A stretch of 63,795 bases of DNA, counting the filler, from Octopus bimaculoides (Eukaryota): the NCBI RefSeq assembly GCF_001194135.2. It is 4 parts of 4 records of this genome, joined end to end, with 100 filler letters (N's around TTAATTAATTAA, not from the genome) between each part and the next. Parts side by side here need not be neighbours in the genome. Positions count along the whole stretch, not along the records: positions 1 to 15,957 come from NC_068989.1; 3 more parts are not named here. One strand, given 5' to 3'. How positions within the stretch are numbered: position 1 is the first letter of the stretch; each line of letters starts with the position of its first letter. Shown one piece after another: positions 1 to 11,120 of this stretch. The notes beneath the pieces are model-generated. The model ran no database searches, was not told the DNA's origin, and saw only the letters and a program-made list of their open reading frames with translations. Position numbers and translations under genes: made by a program.

Positions 1-130
1 GAAACGAAACGAAACGAAACGAAACGAAACGAAACGAAACGAAACGAAACGAAACGAAACGAAACGAAACGAAACGAAACGAAACGAAACGAAACGAAAC
101 AAAACAAAACAAAACAAACAAACAAAAAAA
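1..130. repeat. (GAAAC)20 pentanucleotide microsatellite decaying into (AAAAC)n
   Basis: Perfect GAAAC units at 1-100, then AAAAC/AAAC units. May continue upstream of the window. Confidence 0.98.
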
Positions 131-329
131 CATGAGATAAGCTGCCTAATTAGGCCATGTTATCCAAATAGTGAGTGTTGGGACTGGAACACCTCAATAC
201 AGGATACTTCATTGGTGGTAGATTGGTAGATCTATCCCGTCATGCTCTCCATAGTTGGAGTTAACTCTACGGCATGGATACGATTACTAAGGTTTGTTGA
301 GATCGTAGACGAGGGAGATGCTATTAATG

Positions 330-1260
330 TTGGCTGTATTTGATAATATAGGATGCAGTTTTTGAATGGCAAACCGAGTGCTGGCAGACTGGACTAGCAA
401 ATATTTACGAAGGGATCTTCTATTTTGCTGAGTGATTCTCATAGACCAGTTTACTTTCAAGACACACTGATCGAGCTATGGAATTGTCATAAAGTCACGA
501 ACACGTCTTCTGAAAATGCACTTTGCTTGGGAAAGCTTGTGTTGTTTCATCCTAGATAATTTCTGATCAAGCTGACCTGTGACGAAACCGCTCCAACCAT
601 GAACGATTCCATCATAAGCCTGCACTAGGATTACACTACCACGACTTCACTAACTGACAGGTTCTTCCTTTCTTTAAGATGGTGAAATGTTATTTGAAGG
701 GAATTTGGTTGATATTTGTAACTGGATGAGTGATATAGAAGCCACCCCGCTGGGAAAAATTTGTACCTCTATCAGACTTGTGTTACAGCAGCAGGCATAA
801 GCAACCTTTTTGGAGAGTCGACCGCATGAGACATGGTTCATCATCAGGCGGGCCGGCACCACTAAAACAATTCCAGATAATTTTTCGTTAGGCGTGCCAA
901 TTAGGAAGTTTCATGGGCTGCAGTTTACACATGTCTGTGTTACAGTATTGTAGGATTGCACGTTGAAATTATAAAGCGCTTCGCTCTGGTTACAATAATT
1001 TTGGCTATGTGGAAAGGCCACAGAGGAAAGGTATACGCCCCAATTTTTCGGAACATTTTAGGTTATTGTTCATAGGAACTCCGATCCATACTCGAATGAT
1101 GGTTCTTCTGGGATGCTGAATGTGACGAATGTGCAATATAGACAGGCACTAAAACTATTTGCCTCTTTGAAGATATTTCGACAGATGAGCAATGAGAGCA
1201 GAAATAGGCAAATCGGCAAAGCGGCGAAAATTGTGATGTAGAGGGCACACATAGTTGTTA
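330..1260 (-). mobile_element. Highly degraded Ty3/Gypsy pol relic (RNase H end to integrase)
   Basis: Minus-strand frameshifted peptides in Gypsy order: SKRQ..IRHI (RNase H end), TCVNC (zinc finger), MPAAVT/SDRGTNF (integrase core), LKERKNLSVSEVV, EDVFV, EDPF (C-terminal module). Read by eye, with many stops. Confidence 0.4.
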
Positions 1261-1300
1261 AAGTACTTTTATATTGCAGTAACTACACGAGCATTGAAAT

Positions 1301-2760
1301 ATACTTGTACTTGCAGCAGCATTCACCCGGAGTAGGTTGAACCGTCTCCAACCAGCGAGTTCACCACTCGCTCACGGATACGGACCATATCCCATGGTCG
1401 GCTGCAGTCGGGGCTATAATGGATACCCACTTCCGGTTCCACTGCCAAAGACTATAGATGCAGGGGCCCGAGTCTACTTCCACATCTCTTTTTACTGTCG
1501 CCAGCCATGACTTCAGTTCTGGAGCCTGACAGAGAGTAAAGCCAAGCTACCTTAGATATCTTGCAAGTAGTGCTTGTTGTAAAGAGTTGATGCGGCAGCT
1601 GTCGTATTTTGGGGTTCGAAATGATGCCTCATGGCAGTAGTAGTCGAAGACTTCGAGTTTTCGGAAGTTTTCAGCTCTCACTGGCCAGGATTCGCACCCA
1701 TAGAGAAGGATGGTCGGGATGAACGCTTGGAAAATACGCACTTTCGTGAGAATTTTGATCTCTCGTGGCGGCCAAAGGTAGTTCTGAAGGCGACAGACAA
1801 GCGCTGTTGACGCGTAGGTCAATCTCGTCCTTTCTCTGCCCGGTTGCCGTGAATGCCGATCCAAGCAAATTGAAGTGGTCGACTTCTTCGAGGACTTAAC
1901 CATTGAGAACCATTGATAACGTTTCCGAGGATGGGATCCTTGCCACGAGAATTTTGGTTTTGGACATATTTATCTTCATGCCGATCTTGAGAGCTCAGTT
2001 ATTAATATTGTTGATAGCAGTTTGGAGGTCAGCATAGTTGTCCCTCAGGGTCGCTATGTCGTTAGTGTGATCAAGATCGGTGAGAACAAAGTTCGGTCCC
2101 ATTGTAAAATCTAGAAACTCTGTCAGAGCATGTTTCGTGATCCAGTCGATGGCATAGTTGAACAGGATTGGAAATAACGCATAACCCCGTCGAACCCCGG
2201 AACGGACATCGAAAAACGGTGATTCTTGTCCATATAACCGGACCTTTGTTCATGTTGTATGATAGTAGGCTTTCAGCAGGTTCAGAAGTTTTGGTGAAAA
2301 ACCATCTGCAATCGTTACTTCCCACAACTCACCACGGTTAACTAAGTTAAATGGAACTTAGTGACCGAATCGACAGAACTTTCTTGAAACGCTGACTGAG
2401 GCAGTACTCTCCATATCCGTAGCAATCGAGTGCCAGAAAGAATTCTGGTCCTCCCAAGGAATCAGTCCTCTGAGGCGACGATAGTCGTTAGAGCCATTGT
2501 TACGAGCCTGTTTGGTTTACTCCGCCACTCTTTATGCTGACGTTTAGTGACACCAAGATGTTTCTTAGCCGCCTCCTTGACGTTGTGCTTCAACGATTGA
2601 TACATCCTCTCTATTGGTACTTCTGCATATCAGGTTACTTGTGATGTCTCTGTTAAGTGCTACTGGTAACATGAAATCTAGTATAACCTGGGTAGTTCGT
2701 GACTAAACCGGTATCCCAACTAGGCTTGCCTGGTGACGAGGATTGCTAGATACGCAGCTG
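1301..2760 (-). mobile_element. RTE-clade LINE, internally deleted and degraded
   Basis: Minus strand reads linker (LKHNVKEAAKKHLG), RT (GVRRGYALFPILFNYAIDWI, DLDHTNDIA, KINMSKTK, LLGSAF) and TKVRIFQAFIPTILLYGCESW. It ends GSTYSG*MLLQVQV with a (CAAGTA)n tail at about 1301-1312. A 5' module lies at about 2640-2760. Confidence 0.85.
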
Positions 2761-2829
2761 AATGAACCTTATGTAGGTTCAACTACAATTTAGCAATAGC
2801 ACGGACCCTCAGACATTCCGGGTTAGTGT

Positions 2830-3020
2830 CCGGCGTGCTGGAAGATGGTTCCACTAGGATGCCGAATGTGACGAATGTGCAACATAGACGGGTACTAAAT
2901 CCATTTGTCTCTTCGAAGATGTTTCGACAGTTGACCAATGAGATCGATAACTGTGAGGTATTTGATGTAGTTTGAACAGAAAATATATTGAAATAGGTAA
3001 ATCAGCGACAATTGTGGTGT
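2830..3020 (-). repeat. Second, diverged copy of the 1075-1250 segment (probable Gypsy RNase H end)
   Basis: gaatgtgacgaatgtgcaa...gaagat(a/g)tttcgacag is shared with 1100-1190. The ORF track gives the parallel peptides SSKRQMDLVPVYVAHSSHSAS and SSKRQIVLVPVYIAHSSHSAS. Confidence 0.6.
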
Positions 3021-3300
3021 AAGGGACACATATTTTCCAAACGCTCATCCGAACCATCCTTCTATATGGGTGCGAATCCTGGCCAGTGAAGCATGAAAGC
3101 CTCCGAAAATTCGAAGTCTTCGACTACTACTGGTTATGACGAATTCTGCGTGTTCGTCCATAGGACATCGTTTCGAACCCCAATATACGACAGCTACCGC
3201 ATCAACTCTCTGCAACAAGCTCTGCTCACAAGACGCTTAAGGTGGTTTGGCTATACTCTCTGTCAGTCTCCGAGTAAATCATTCGCAAGGCACCATTCGG
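3020..3300 (+). mobile_element. RTE LINE RT C-terminal fragment, inverted relative to 1301-2760
   Basis: IFQTLIRTILLYGCESWPVKHESLRKFEVFDYY and LQQALLTRRLRWFGYTL, homologous to 1547-1760 on the opposite strand. Confidence 0.8.
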
Positions 3301-3439
3301 GTACGATATTTCCAGGCTTAAGCGTCAGAATATTGCTAATATCACGGTTAGATGGATTAGAAGCCGTCCACGATGTGGATATAGCTTTGAAGTATGGTAA
3401 TGGTCGATATGATCCCAACTTTAAATATTAATGTGTTTG

Positions 3440-3790
3440 GTGCGAAATAAAACGAAGAGTGAAATGCTTCCCTCAAGATGGTTTATAACTGCGCGGTCCT
3501 TGTGTAGAATAATGCCATGCACAATAAAAAGGTGTCTGTGAAATTGGTAATAATTTTGTAGTTCCTGTGTGAGTTCGTGGCGGAATTCAGACCATGTCAG
3601 TCTTAACGATGTCAATGAGTTGGTACATATTTCATTACTGTTTTGAGGCAGATGTTTTTTCTGTGTCACCGAATTTAATCGCGTGAAGTATAAAATGTGG
3701 ACACATTACAGCAGACATCAGGCAATCGTCTATATCAGTTGGCTTGCTTGTAATCACATTACTGACAATGTTGTAGAGTATAGATAGAAA
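3440..3790 (-). mobile_element. Degraded Gypsy RNase H-integrase linker fragment
   Basis: ELTQELQNYYQFHRHLFIVHGIILHKDRAVI resembles the 'el..yy..r..Ls...g.ll...rvviP' linker of Gypsy pol. Confidence 0.45.
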
Positions 3791-4430
3791 GAATTAATTC
3801 AAGATTAAACCATTAGTAGTTGTTCGATTCTTGACTACTGTTTATATTATCCAAATTATATATCAAAGTGTCTTTCATTCAGGTTTCTGAAAATTTGTGC
3901 TGCCTTCCAATTAGTCTGTCGCAAATATATTGAGTAGTGGTCTACGATCTAGTGCTCTACTGTTATAAGTTTGTCACATCCGAGCACAAAATATCGTGCT
4001 TTGCTGAGGGCATGTGAAAATTAAAGCTACTCTCTTGACAGGCGCATATCTCAATTTTTGCTGGATGTGGACTTCCACCAGTGTGATTTTGCAAAGGTAT
4101 AAAGGTTCTATTCCTGAATAAATACCACAAGGCATTATGTACATACGACTGTGTAACAACTCCGTCAACACATTTCTTCTATCTTTTACTTGATTTAGTC
4201 ATTAGACTGCGGCCATGCGGGGGCACTGCCTACTTTAATACTGGTTACAATTGTTTTAGTACCATTCCGTTTTAAACCACATTACTTACACTTGATTAAG
4301 TGCAATAGATTTCTTAAGAGCTACGTAAATTTATCAATAGCGTGGAGTGGCACAGTTCATCAGACATTTACCAAACGTTGCTATTATGCATAATATTTAG
4401 GAAAACCTTAAAGCGTTAATAATATCTTTT

Positions 4431-4680
4431 TATTCTTTTATTTGTTTCAGTCATTTGACAGCGGCCATGCTGGAGCACCGCCTTTAGTCGAACAAATCGA
4501 CCTCAGGACTTATTCTTCGTAAACCTCGTACTTATTCTAGCGGTCTCTTTTGCCGAACCGCTAGTTTACGGGGACGTAAACATACCAATATCAGTTGTGA
4601 AGCGATGGTGATGGTGGTGGTGGTGGGCAAATACAAACACACACACACAATTATATACACACGACAGGCTTCTTTGTGTC
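4431..4680 (-). mobile_element. SINE family A (CORE-type, OR2-like), 3' half
   Basis: Matches the other copies at 9545, 9950, 34030, 56195 and 61676 (cagtcatttgac.gcggccatgctggagcaccgcc; gccgaaccgct). Confidence 0.85.
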
Positions 4681-4889
4681 TGGTAGTCGCACGGTTTATT
4701 TTTGTTATTTTTGTATAACTAGCTTAAAAGTCGCCCGATAAGGCAGCTTTTAAGCTAGCTCCTGCGGAGGGCTCTTCATTAGGCCTTGGGCCCAACAATG
4801 ACACTTCGTGTATTGAGTACATACTAAATTTTATTAAACTTGAACAACATTTTTCAAGCAATGTACAATTTTCATCAAAACAATGATAT

Positions 4890-5311
4890 TGTAGTAACGC
4901 CGTGCGCATGCGTAATCTCACGCATGCGTAATCTCACGCATGTGTAGAATTAAACAACCAAGCGTACCCGCTTAATTCTATCTCTTTTACGGTCGGCCGA
5001 CCATGAGCATGGACGTGTCAAGAGTGTCTCCAACATTCCAACTCTGGAGACAGTCTCTTTACATGTATAGCTGTCACTCTCCATCTTTCGAACTTACACT
5101 CGACAGCTCGCTCACATCTACATAACAACGTCCCAACAAATATGCTCACACAATCAGAAGCTGTAACAACAAGAGCTAAAGATGTATATATTTACCACCT
5201 GAATAAATGTTGTATAAGTTGATAGTCTGGAGTTCAGCGTTCCGTTATATTCTTAATTTTATATAGGAAAGTCAGGTATACATCTAATGATGTATAACCA
5301 ACTTTCCTATA
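4890..5311 (+). repeat. 5' LTR (422 bp)
   Basis: TGTAG...CTATA ends. TATATA at 5185-5190, AATAAA at 5202-5207, a 16-bp tandem duplication near 4908-4943. The start is inferred from TG plus the TSD because the matching part of the 3' LTR is in a gap. Confidence 0.85.
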
Positions 5312-5312
5312 C

Positions 5313-5345
5313 TGGTGACCCCCGACGTGATTCGATCACGCAGCC
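5313..5345 (+). promoter_or_regulatory. Primer binding site complementary to the 3' end of tRNA-Trp(CCA)
   Basis: TGGTGACCCCCGACGTGATTCGATCACGCAGCC, 1 nt after the LTR, versus the complement of the conserved metazoan tRNA-Trp 3' end TGGTGACCCCGACGTGATTTGAACACGCAACC (recalled, not searched). Confidence 0.9.
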
Positions 5346-7156
5346 CACTGAGCTGCAATAACCCACGTTCTTATAAAGTGGTGATTCGACGAAGAAACAA
5401 ACGCAGCATGGACTCTGGACTACCAACCTATAACTGGTGAACCCCGACTAAAGAACAAATACGGCCATGGAGACTGAACTACGTATTACCAACACCNNNN
5501 NNNNNNNNNNNNNNNNNNNNNNNNNNNNNNNNNNNNNNNNNNNNNNNNNNNNNNNNNNNNNNNNNNNNNNNNNNNNNNNNNNNNNNNNNNNNNNNNNNNN
5601 NNNNNNNNNNNNNNNNNNNNNNNNNNNNNNNNNNNNNNNNNNNNNNNNNNNNNNNNNNNNNNNNNNNNNNNNNNNNNNNNNNNNNNNNNNNNNNNNNNNN
5701 NNNNNNNNNNNNNNNNNNNNNNNNNNNNNNNNNNNNNNNNNNNNNNNNNNNNNNNNNNNNNNNNNNNNACAATAACTCTTGTTATTCATTTCATATGGTT
5801 GTCTTTTCTATCGTCTCATTACTGGTATTTACGAATTCACTAATGTTCGTAGTATAACGTAATTACTTGTATATCATCTTTGATATATATTTTGGTGTTC
5901 GACCGTGTGACACGTTTAAATAAAAGGAGTCCTCTGTTATTCCATTCGTCACCATTTCTCCTTTTTGAGTTCGCACGGTCGTTTTTTCATCTTGGGTTAA
6001 GAAAATTTTTCTTCGAGGTTTTCGCAAATGGTCGTACAGAGATTTGCCTGTCGACTGTCTGTAAAAGCGCACCTCTTCAAACACTCATCAACGAACAGCT
6101 TTTCATCACCAGCTTCGTTCAACCAAGGTTACCACCGTGACGACAATTACTACTACCAACTACAAGCATTCCCCCCGACGTCGCCAAGTTTCAACAGATC
6201 ATTACCACCACACATGCAGAACATCAATGTACTGTCTACCACAATGTCGTGCGCCAATAACCCCACCACCAGGGACACACCAATATCAACACACTCGGTT
6301 TTGTCGACTCTGTTAGAGTGGATGTTTCCACTCACGATCAACAGACAAAATTTTCCTTGTGTAACTNNNNNNNNNNNNNNNNNNNNNNNNNNNNNNNNNN
6401 NNNNNNNNNNNNNNNNNNNNNNNNNNNNNNNNNNNNNNNNNNNNNNNNNNNNNNNNNNNNNNNNNNNNNNNNNNNNNNNNNNNNNNNNNNNNNNNNNNNN
6501 NNNNNNNNNNNNNNNNNNNNNNNNNNNNNNNNNNNNNNNNNNNNNNNNNNNNNNNNNNNNNNNNNNNNNNNNNNNNNNNNNNNNNNNNNNNNNNNNNNNN
6601 NNNNNNNNNNNNNNNNNNNNNNNNNNNNNNNNNNNNNNNNNNNNNNNNNNNNNNNNNNNNNNNNNNNNNNNNNNNNNNNNNNNNNNNNNNNNNNNNNNNN
6701 NNNNNNNNNNNNNNNNNNNNNNNNNNNNNNNNNNNNNNNNNNNNNNNNNNNNNNNNNNNNNNNNNNNNNNNNNNNNNNNNNNNNNNNNNNNNNNNNNNNN
6801 NNNNNNNNNNNNNNNNNNNNNNNNNNNNNNNNNNNNNNNNNNNNNNNNNNNNNNNNNNNNNNNNNNNNNNNNNNNNNNNNNNNNNNNNNNNNNNNNNNNN
6901 NNNNNNNNNNNNNNNNNNNNNNNNNNNNNNNNNNNNNNNNNNNNNNNNNNNNNNNNNNNNNNNNNNNNNNNNNNNNNNNNNNNNNNNNNNNNNNNNNNNN
7001 NNNNNNNNNNNNNNNNNNNNNNNNNNNNNNNNNNNNNNNNNNNNNNNNNNNNNNNNNNNNNNNNNNNNNNNNNNNNNNNNNNNNNNNNNNNNNNNNNNNN
7101 NNNNNNNNNNNNNNNNNNNNNNNNNNNNNNNNNNNNNNNNNNNNNNNNNNNNNNNN

Positions 7157-7443
7157 GTCTCCAACACCCAACTCTGGAGACAGTCTCTTTACGTGTATAG
7201 CTGTCACTCTCCATCTTTCGGACTTACACTCGACAGCTCGCTTACATCTACATAACAACGTCCCAACAACTATGCTCACACAATCAGAAGCTGTAACAAC
7301 AAGAGCTAAAGATGTATATATTTACCACCTGAATAAATGTTGTATAAGTTGATAGTCCGGAGTTCAGCGTTCCGTTATATTTCTATAATTTTATATAGGA
7401 AAGTCAGGTATACATCTAATGATGTATAACCAACTTTCCTATA
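7157..7443 (+). repeat. 3' LTR (visible part)
   Basis: Near-identical to 5026-5311, ends CTATA and is followed by ATAT. Confidence 0.92.
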
Positions 7444-8129
7444 ATATAATTTGTTGACTTGGAACTTATTACAAAGCTGCATGATGAACAACAGTACCAC
7501 CACTATCACCACCACATCCGCCATACACATACCATTCAGACTTCTGACGCCACCACCATCAATACCTTTGACTTCGCCGCCTTCCCCTTCGCCACCATCG
7601 CCACTATCTTTCACATTGCTTACTCTCACCGTCATCTCTGACCGCCTCGACCACCCTAACTAAAACAATTAGAACTAAAGGAAGAGAATCCTAAAGGACA
7701 TGGTCAGTCCTACAACCTAAGTGGTCAGCTATTTTTTTGAAAACCATGACATGGTTCTGGTTCGTTGATGGTTAACAAATAAAACAAAAACAAATCAAAT
7801 AAATAAATAAAACAATGGCCACCATGAGCAAGTAAACGAGCAAAATAAAATTAAAAAAACAAGTAAACAAGTGCGATAACTAAAACAATTAGAAGTAAGG
7901 GAAGAGAATCCTATAGGATAGCATAAGAAAAGTAAAAGAGTATAAACGTATAAAAGTATAGAAATACAAAACATATATCTATCTATGAGGGGGATCTACT
8001 GTATAAAGTTAAACGTCTAGTATTATTGTGATATAGGAGCTGGACAGGGGATTTATTGTTGACGGAGGGCGGAAGAAGGAGGATTTCGTAAATAGGGACA
8101 AAAATGGACCGGACCGGACGAGTGGTGGT

Positions 8130-9400
8130 TATTTGTTATGCTAACCTGTAGTTATTCATCAGCGTATAATACAAAGAATAGGAAATGTATGCTTTGTGTA
8201 AATGAAATTTTCTTCATGATTAAAGCCAACCTTCCGCTTGTTAATTCTCTTAAGGAGAGAAACGTTTCCTGCCTTCACAAGGCCAAGTGCACCTTCTCTA
8301 AATACCATTAGTACCAGTTATATGAGAGGCTATGCAAGAAGGCATGGGTTTTTGGGTGTTTACACACATATGCATCCATAGGTGTGGAAATGGATATATA
8401 CGTGTGTGTATATGTGTGGAGATAAGGGTGTGGGTATGAGCCACATAGGGATTCCGAAACTTGTTGATCGGCAAAAAGTAACGAACACTAACATCGCACT
8501 TTGGCCCCACCTAGTTCCTTTCTCTCATTAATGCACTCATATACTAAATTTCCCAAGATGGTTTCATCATCATAAGCTGCTTATGCCATACCATCCGCAA
8601 CGTTGCACCTACTAACTGGCGCTTTACATATAAACTTTCACCTCCGTAACACGGACCATATCTTCAAACCCACCACTGAACTTCTATGTAAACATAATGT
8701 GAACTACTGCCTAAATTTACCATTCCTGAAAAAACTCCTCCTGAGAACGACTATATTCACCTATCCCCTATTGGACAAAATAACATGGATCTTATAATAC
8801 ATCACGGGAAGTCTGTTTCTTATTTCCCCTTGCTATACTCAAATCATTATACTAAGATGTACTTCACTCACATCCTCATGTTTGTTTTTATTCTTACTCC
8901 TATTATTTTTCTGCTCTTTTTTAAAAAGACAAACACACTGTACCTATTATTAACTGTTTCTTATATGTATTAGCCCTCACAACCACTTAGACCCTGTGAA
9001 GAAGCCTAGAGGCACATTCATCATCCAAGCTTTATCTGCCCATCCCTGCAGAAAACTGAAGAGTTGGAAATAACCTGGAGGATCTCGTTGTCTCTTGGCA
9101 GAAACGGCCGTAAGGAACTGACAATCTAGAAACCATGCCTACTAGCAATTTGCTCATTTGCTCATTTCTGTACTACTAATACATGTGTATGTAATCATCT
9201 AATACATTAGAATAAATAGACCTACTAGAATATTTACCGGCTGATGTCTGTCGATTTTGTATCCTCTCCACTTTCTTATTTGAAGTACAAATCAAGGGTA
9301 AACCACTTCTTACACCCGCCCATATATAACACTCAATTGCGAGCTTGCCACGCAATAACTAGATAACTAGCACTTGGGTAAGAATAATTGGGTACACTAC
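8130..9400 (+). mobile_element. Penelope-like element 3' fragments (two GIY-YIG C-termini plus a pseudo-LTR-like tail)
   Basis: KCMLCVNEIFFMIKANLPLVNSLKERNVSCLHKAK at about 8180-8300. FPRWFHHHK..T*LALYI and NYCLNL..KKLLL at about 8550-8760. Hammerhead-like motif at 8993-9117. Confidence 0.55.
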
Positions 9401-9459
9401 CAAGAGTATATTGGATAGGTACTATCCCTTAGTTGGTTTCTCAACCTCTAACTCACACA

Positions 9460-9513
<54 letters not shown>

Positions 9514-9544
9514 ATATATATGTGTGTGTGTGTATGTATATGTT

Positions 9545-9745
9545 TGTGTGTCTGTGTTTGTCCCCTCACCAGCGCTTGACAACCGATGTTGGTGTGTTCA
9601 CGTCCCCGTAACTTAGCGGTTCGGCAAAAGAGAACCGATAGAATAAGTACTAAGCTTACAAAGAATAAGTCCTGGGGTCGATTTGCTCGACTAAAGACGG
9701 TGCTCCAGCATGGCCGCAGTCAAATGACTGAACCAAGTAAAAGAA
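9545..9745 (+). mobile_element. SINE family A, 3' half
   Basis: cgcttgacaaccgatgttggtgtg...gcggttcggcaaaagag...aagtaaaaga, downstream of an (AT)n/(GT)n tract. Confidence 0.88.
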
Positions 9746-9764
9746 TATATATATAATCATGTAA

Positions 9765-9915
9765 AAAGCACTCTTGGAGTGGTTGGAGTTAGGGAGGGCA
9801 TCCAGCTGTAGAAACCATGTCAAATCAGATTGAAACCTGGTGCAGTTCCCCAGCTTACCATTTTTGAGCATGGAAAACGGACGTTAAATGATGATGATGA
9901 TGATGATGATGATGA
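9765..9915 (+). mobile_element. Short retroposon fragment with (ATG)n tail
   Basis: ggagttagggagggcatccagctgtagaaacc...gcatggaaaacggacgttaaa(tga)n. A related 3' end lies on the minus strand at 25835-25910. Confidence 0.6.
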
Positions 9916-9949
9916 TATATATATGTATATATCTATGTGCGTATGTCTT

Positions 9950-10160
9950 TGTATCTGAGTTTGTCCCCACCCCCATCACCGCTTGACAACCGATGTTGGT
10001 GTGTTTATGTGACCCGTAACTTAGCAGTTCGGCAAAAGACCCGATAGAATAAGTACCAAGGTTAAGAAAATAAGTACTAGTGTCAATTCATTTGACTATA
10101 AATTCTTGAAGGTGGTGCCCCTGCATGACCGCAGTCTAATGATTGAAGCAAATAAAAGAT
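9950..10160 (+). mobile_element. SINE family A, 3' half (older copy)
   Basis: Diverged match to 9545-9745. Confidence 0.82.
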
Positions 10161-10329
10161 TTCCTTTCGTTCAAATACCGAAACCCTTCTCAGCATGAGC
10201 AACTGGACTACTTCAGGAGCAATTATTCCATTTAGTTAAGAATATTAAATTTAGAAATTTGGGACTCTATAGCATGGACATAAATACATATAATAACTAT
10301 ATAACTGAAATACAAAAATATGGATAATA

Positions 10330-11120
10330 TGACATGAAATAGAATCAACGGGCGGAGACATGTTCGTTAATAGACGCAAATTAGTTGATACAATGGAGCG
10401 TTTTATATGTAAAAACTCAAAATCTAATTTGAAAGACCATAAGGGTAACCCAATTATTACATTTATAAAACATTGGATTGGCATTCTTTATTGATTTTTT
10501 AAAAAAGGTGTTTAATAATAAAATTTTCAGATTCTGAAACTCTAGTGTTCAAAAATCCCCAAACCATCTTTCGTATTTTCTTCTTTATTTAAAAAAGATG
10601 AACAAAAGAGGTTAAATGTCTTAATTTGAACAAAAGAGGTGAACTTTCTTGATCTTGACACTGGCTTGCACTATCCTTATCATAAGCAATATGAAAACCT
10701 ACATTTCATACACAATCATTCTAATCATCTTAGGTCTGTTATAGATAATCTTGTTAGAAATATTTCATTTAGGTTATCAATATTGTCAGCAAATGAACAA
10801 GTATTCAATGATAATGCAGAATATAACAACGATGCCTTGAAAAAAGTGGCTATAATGAAAAAAAAAGCAAAAAAAAAAAGCTTATAGTCCATTTTTAAAC
10901 AACTAAACCGTATCGTAGAGATAAAAACTGGACAAAAAGTAAATAATGATCCAAATAAATGGTCTTCCAATCAATATTATTAAAATAAAGATAAAAATAC
11001 AGGAGAATTACAAACCGATATGGGTGACATAAAATCTTCAACGATTAAAAGTTACTAACTACTGTAGCATTATAATGAATAGATTTGAAAATACGACTAA
11101 GTGATCTAGAACTGATTAAG
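10330..11120 (+). mobile_element. Penelope-like element, deleted RT/GIY-YIG relic
   Basis: LKDHKGN (RT start); NFLDLDTGLHYPYHKQ..FIHNHSNH..NISFRLSILSANEQVF..YNNDALKK (RT thumb); TGE..TRYG*HK (GIY-YIG). Confidence 0.75.

Larger units (their letters stand above)
4890..7443 (+). mobile_element. Gypsy LTR retrotransposon (CsRn1-like), internally deleted, non-autonomous
   Basis: Two direct LTRs about 97% identical over the visible 287 bp. Starts TG at 4890, with ATAT on both flanks (4886-4889, 7444-7447). tRNA-Trp PBS at 5313. Decayed integrase C-terminus at about 5890-6100 (KFFFEVFANGRTEI..VDCL.KAHL). N gaps at 5497-5768 and 6367-7156. Confidence 0.9.

Noticed and set aside
5448-7352. Long ORFs of 100-390 aa spanning N runs (also at 16.8, 20.9, 26.6, 28.0, 37.4, 39.1 and 41.2 kb)
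   Set aside because: Their length comes from X residues in assembly gaps.
5026-7443. Near-identical repeat flanking a gap as a possible assembly duplication
   Set aside because: About 3% divergence, a PBS only after the first copy and matching ATAT flanks show genuine paired LTRs.
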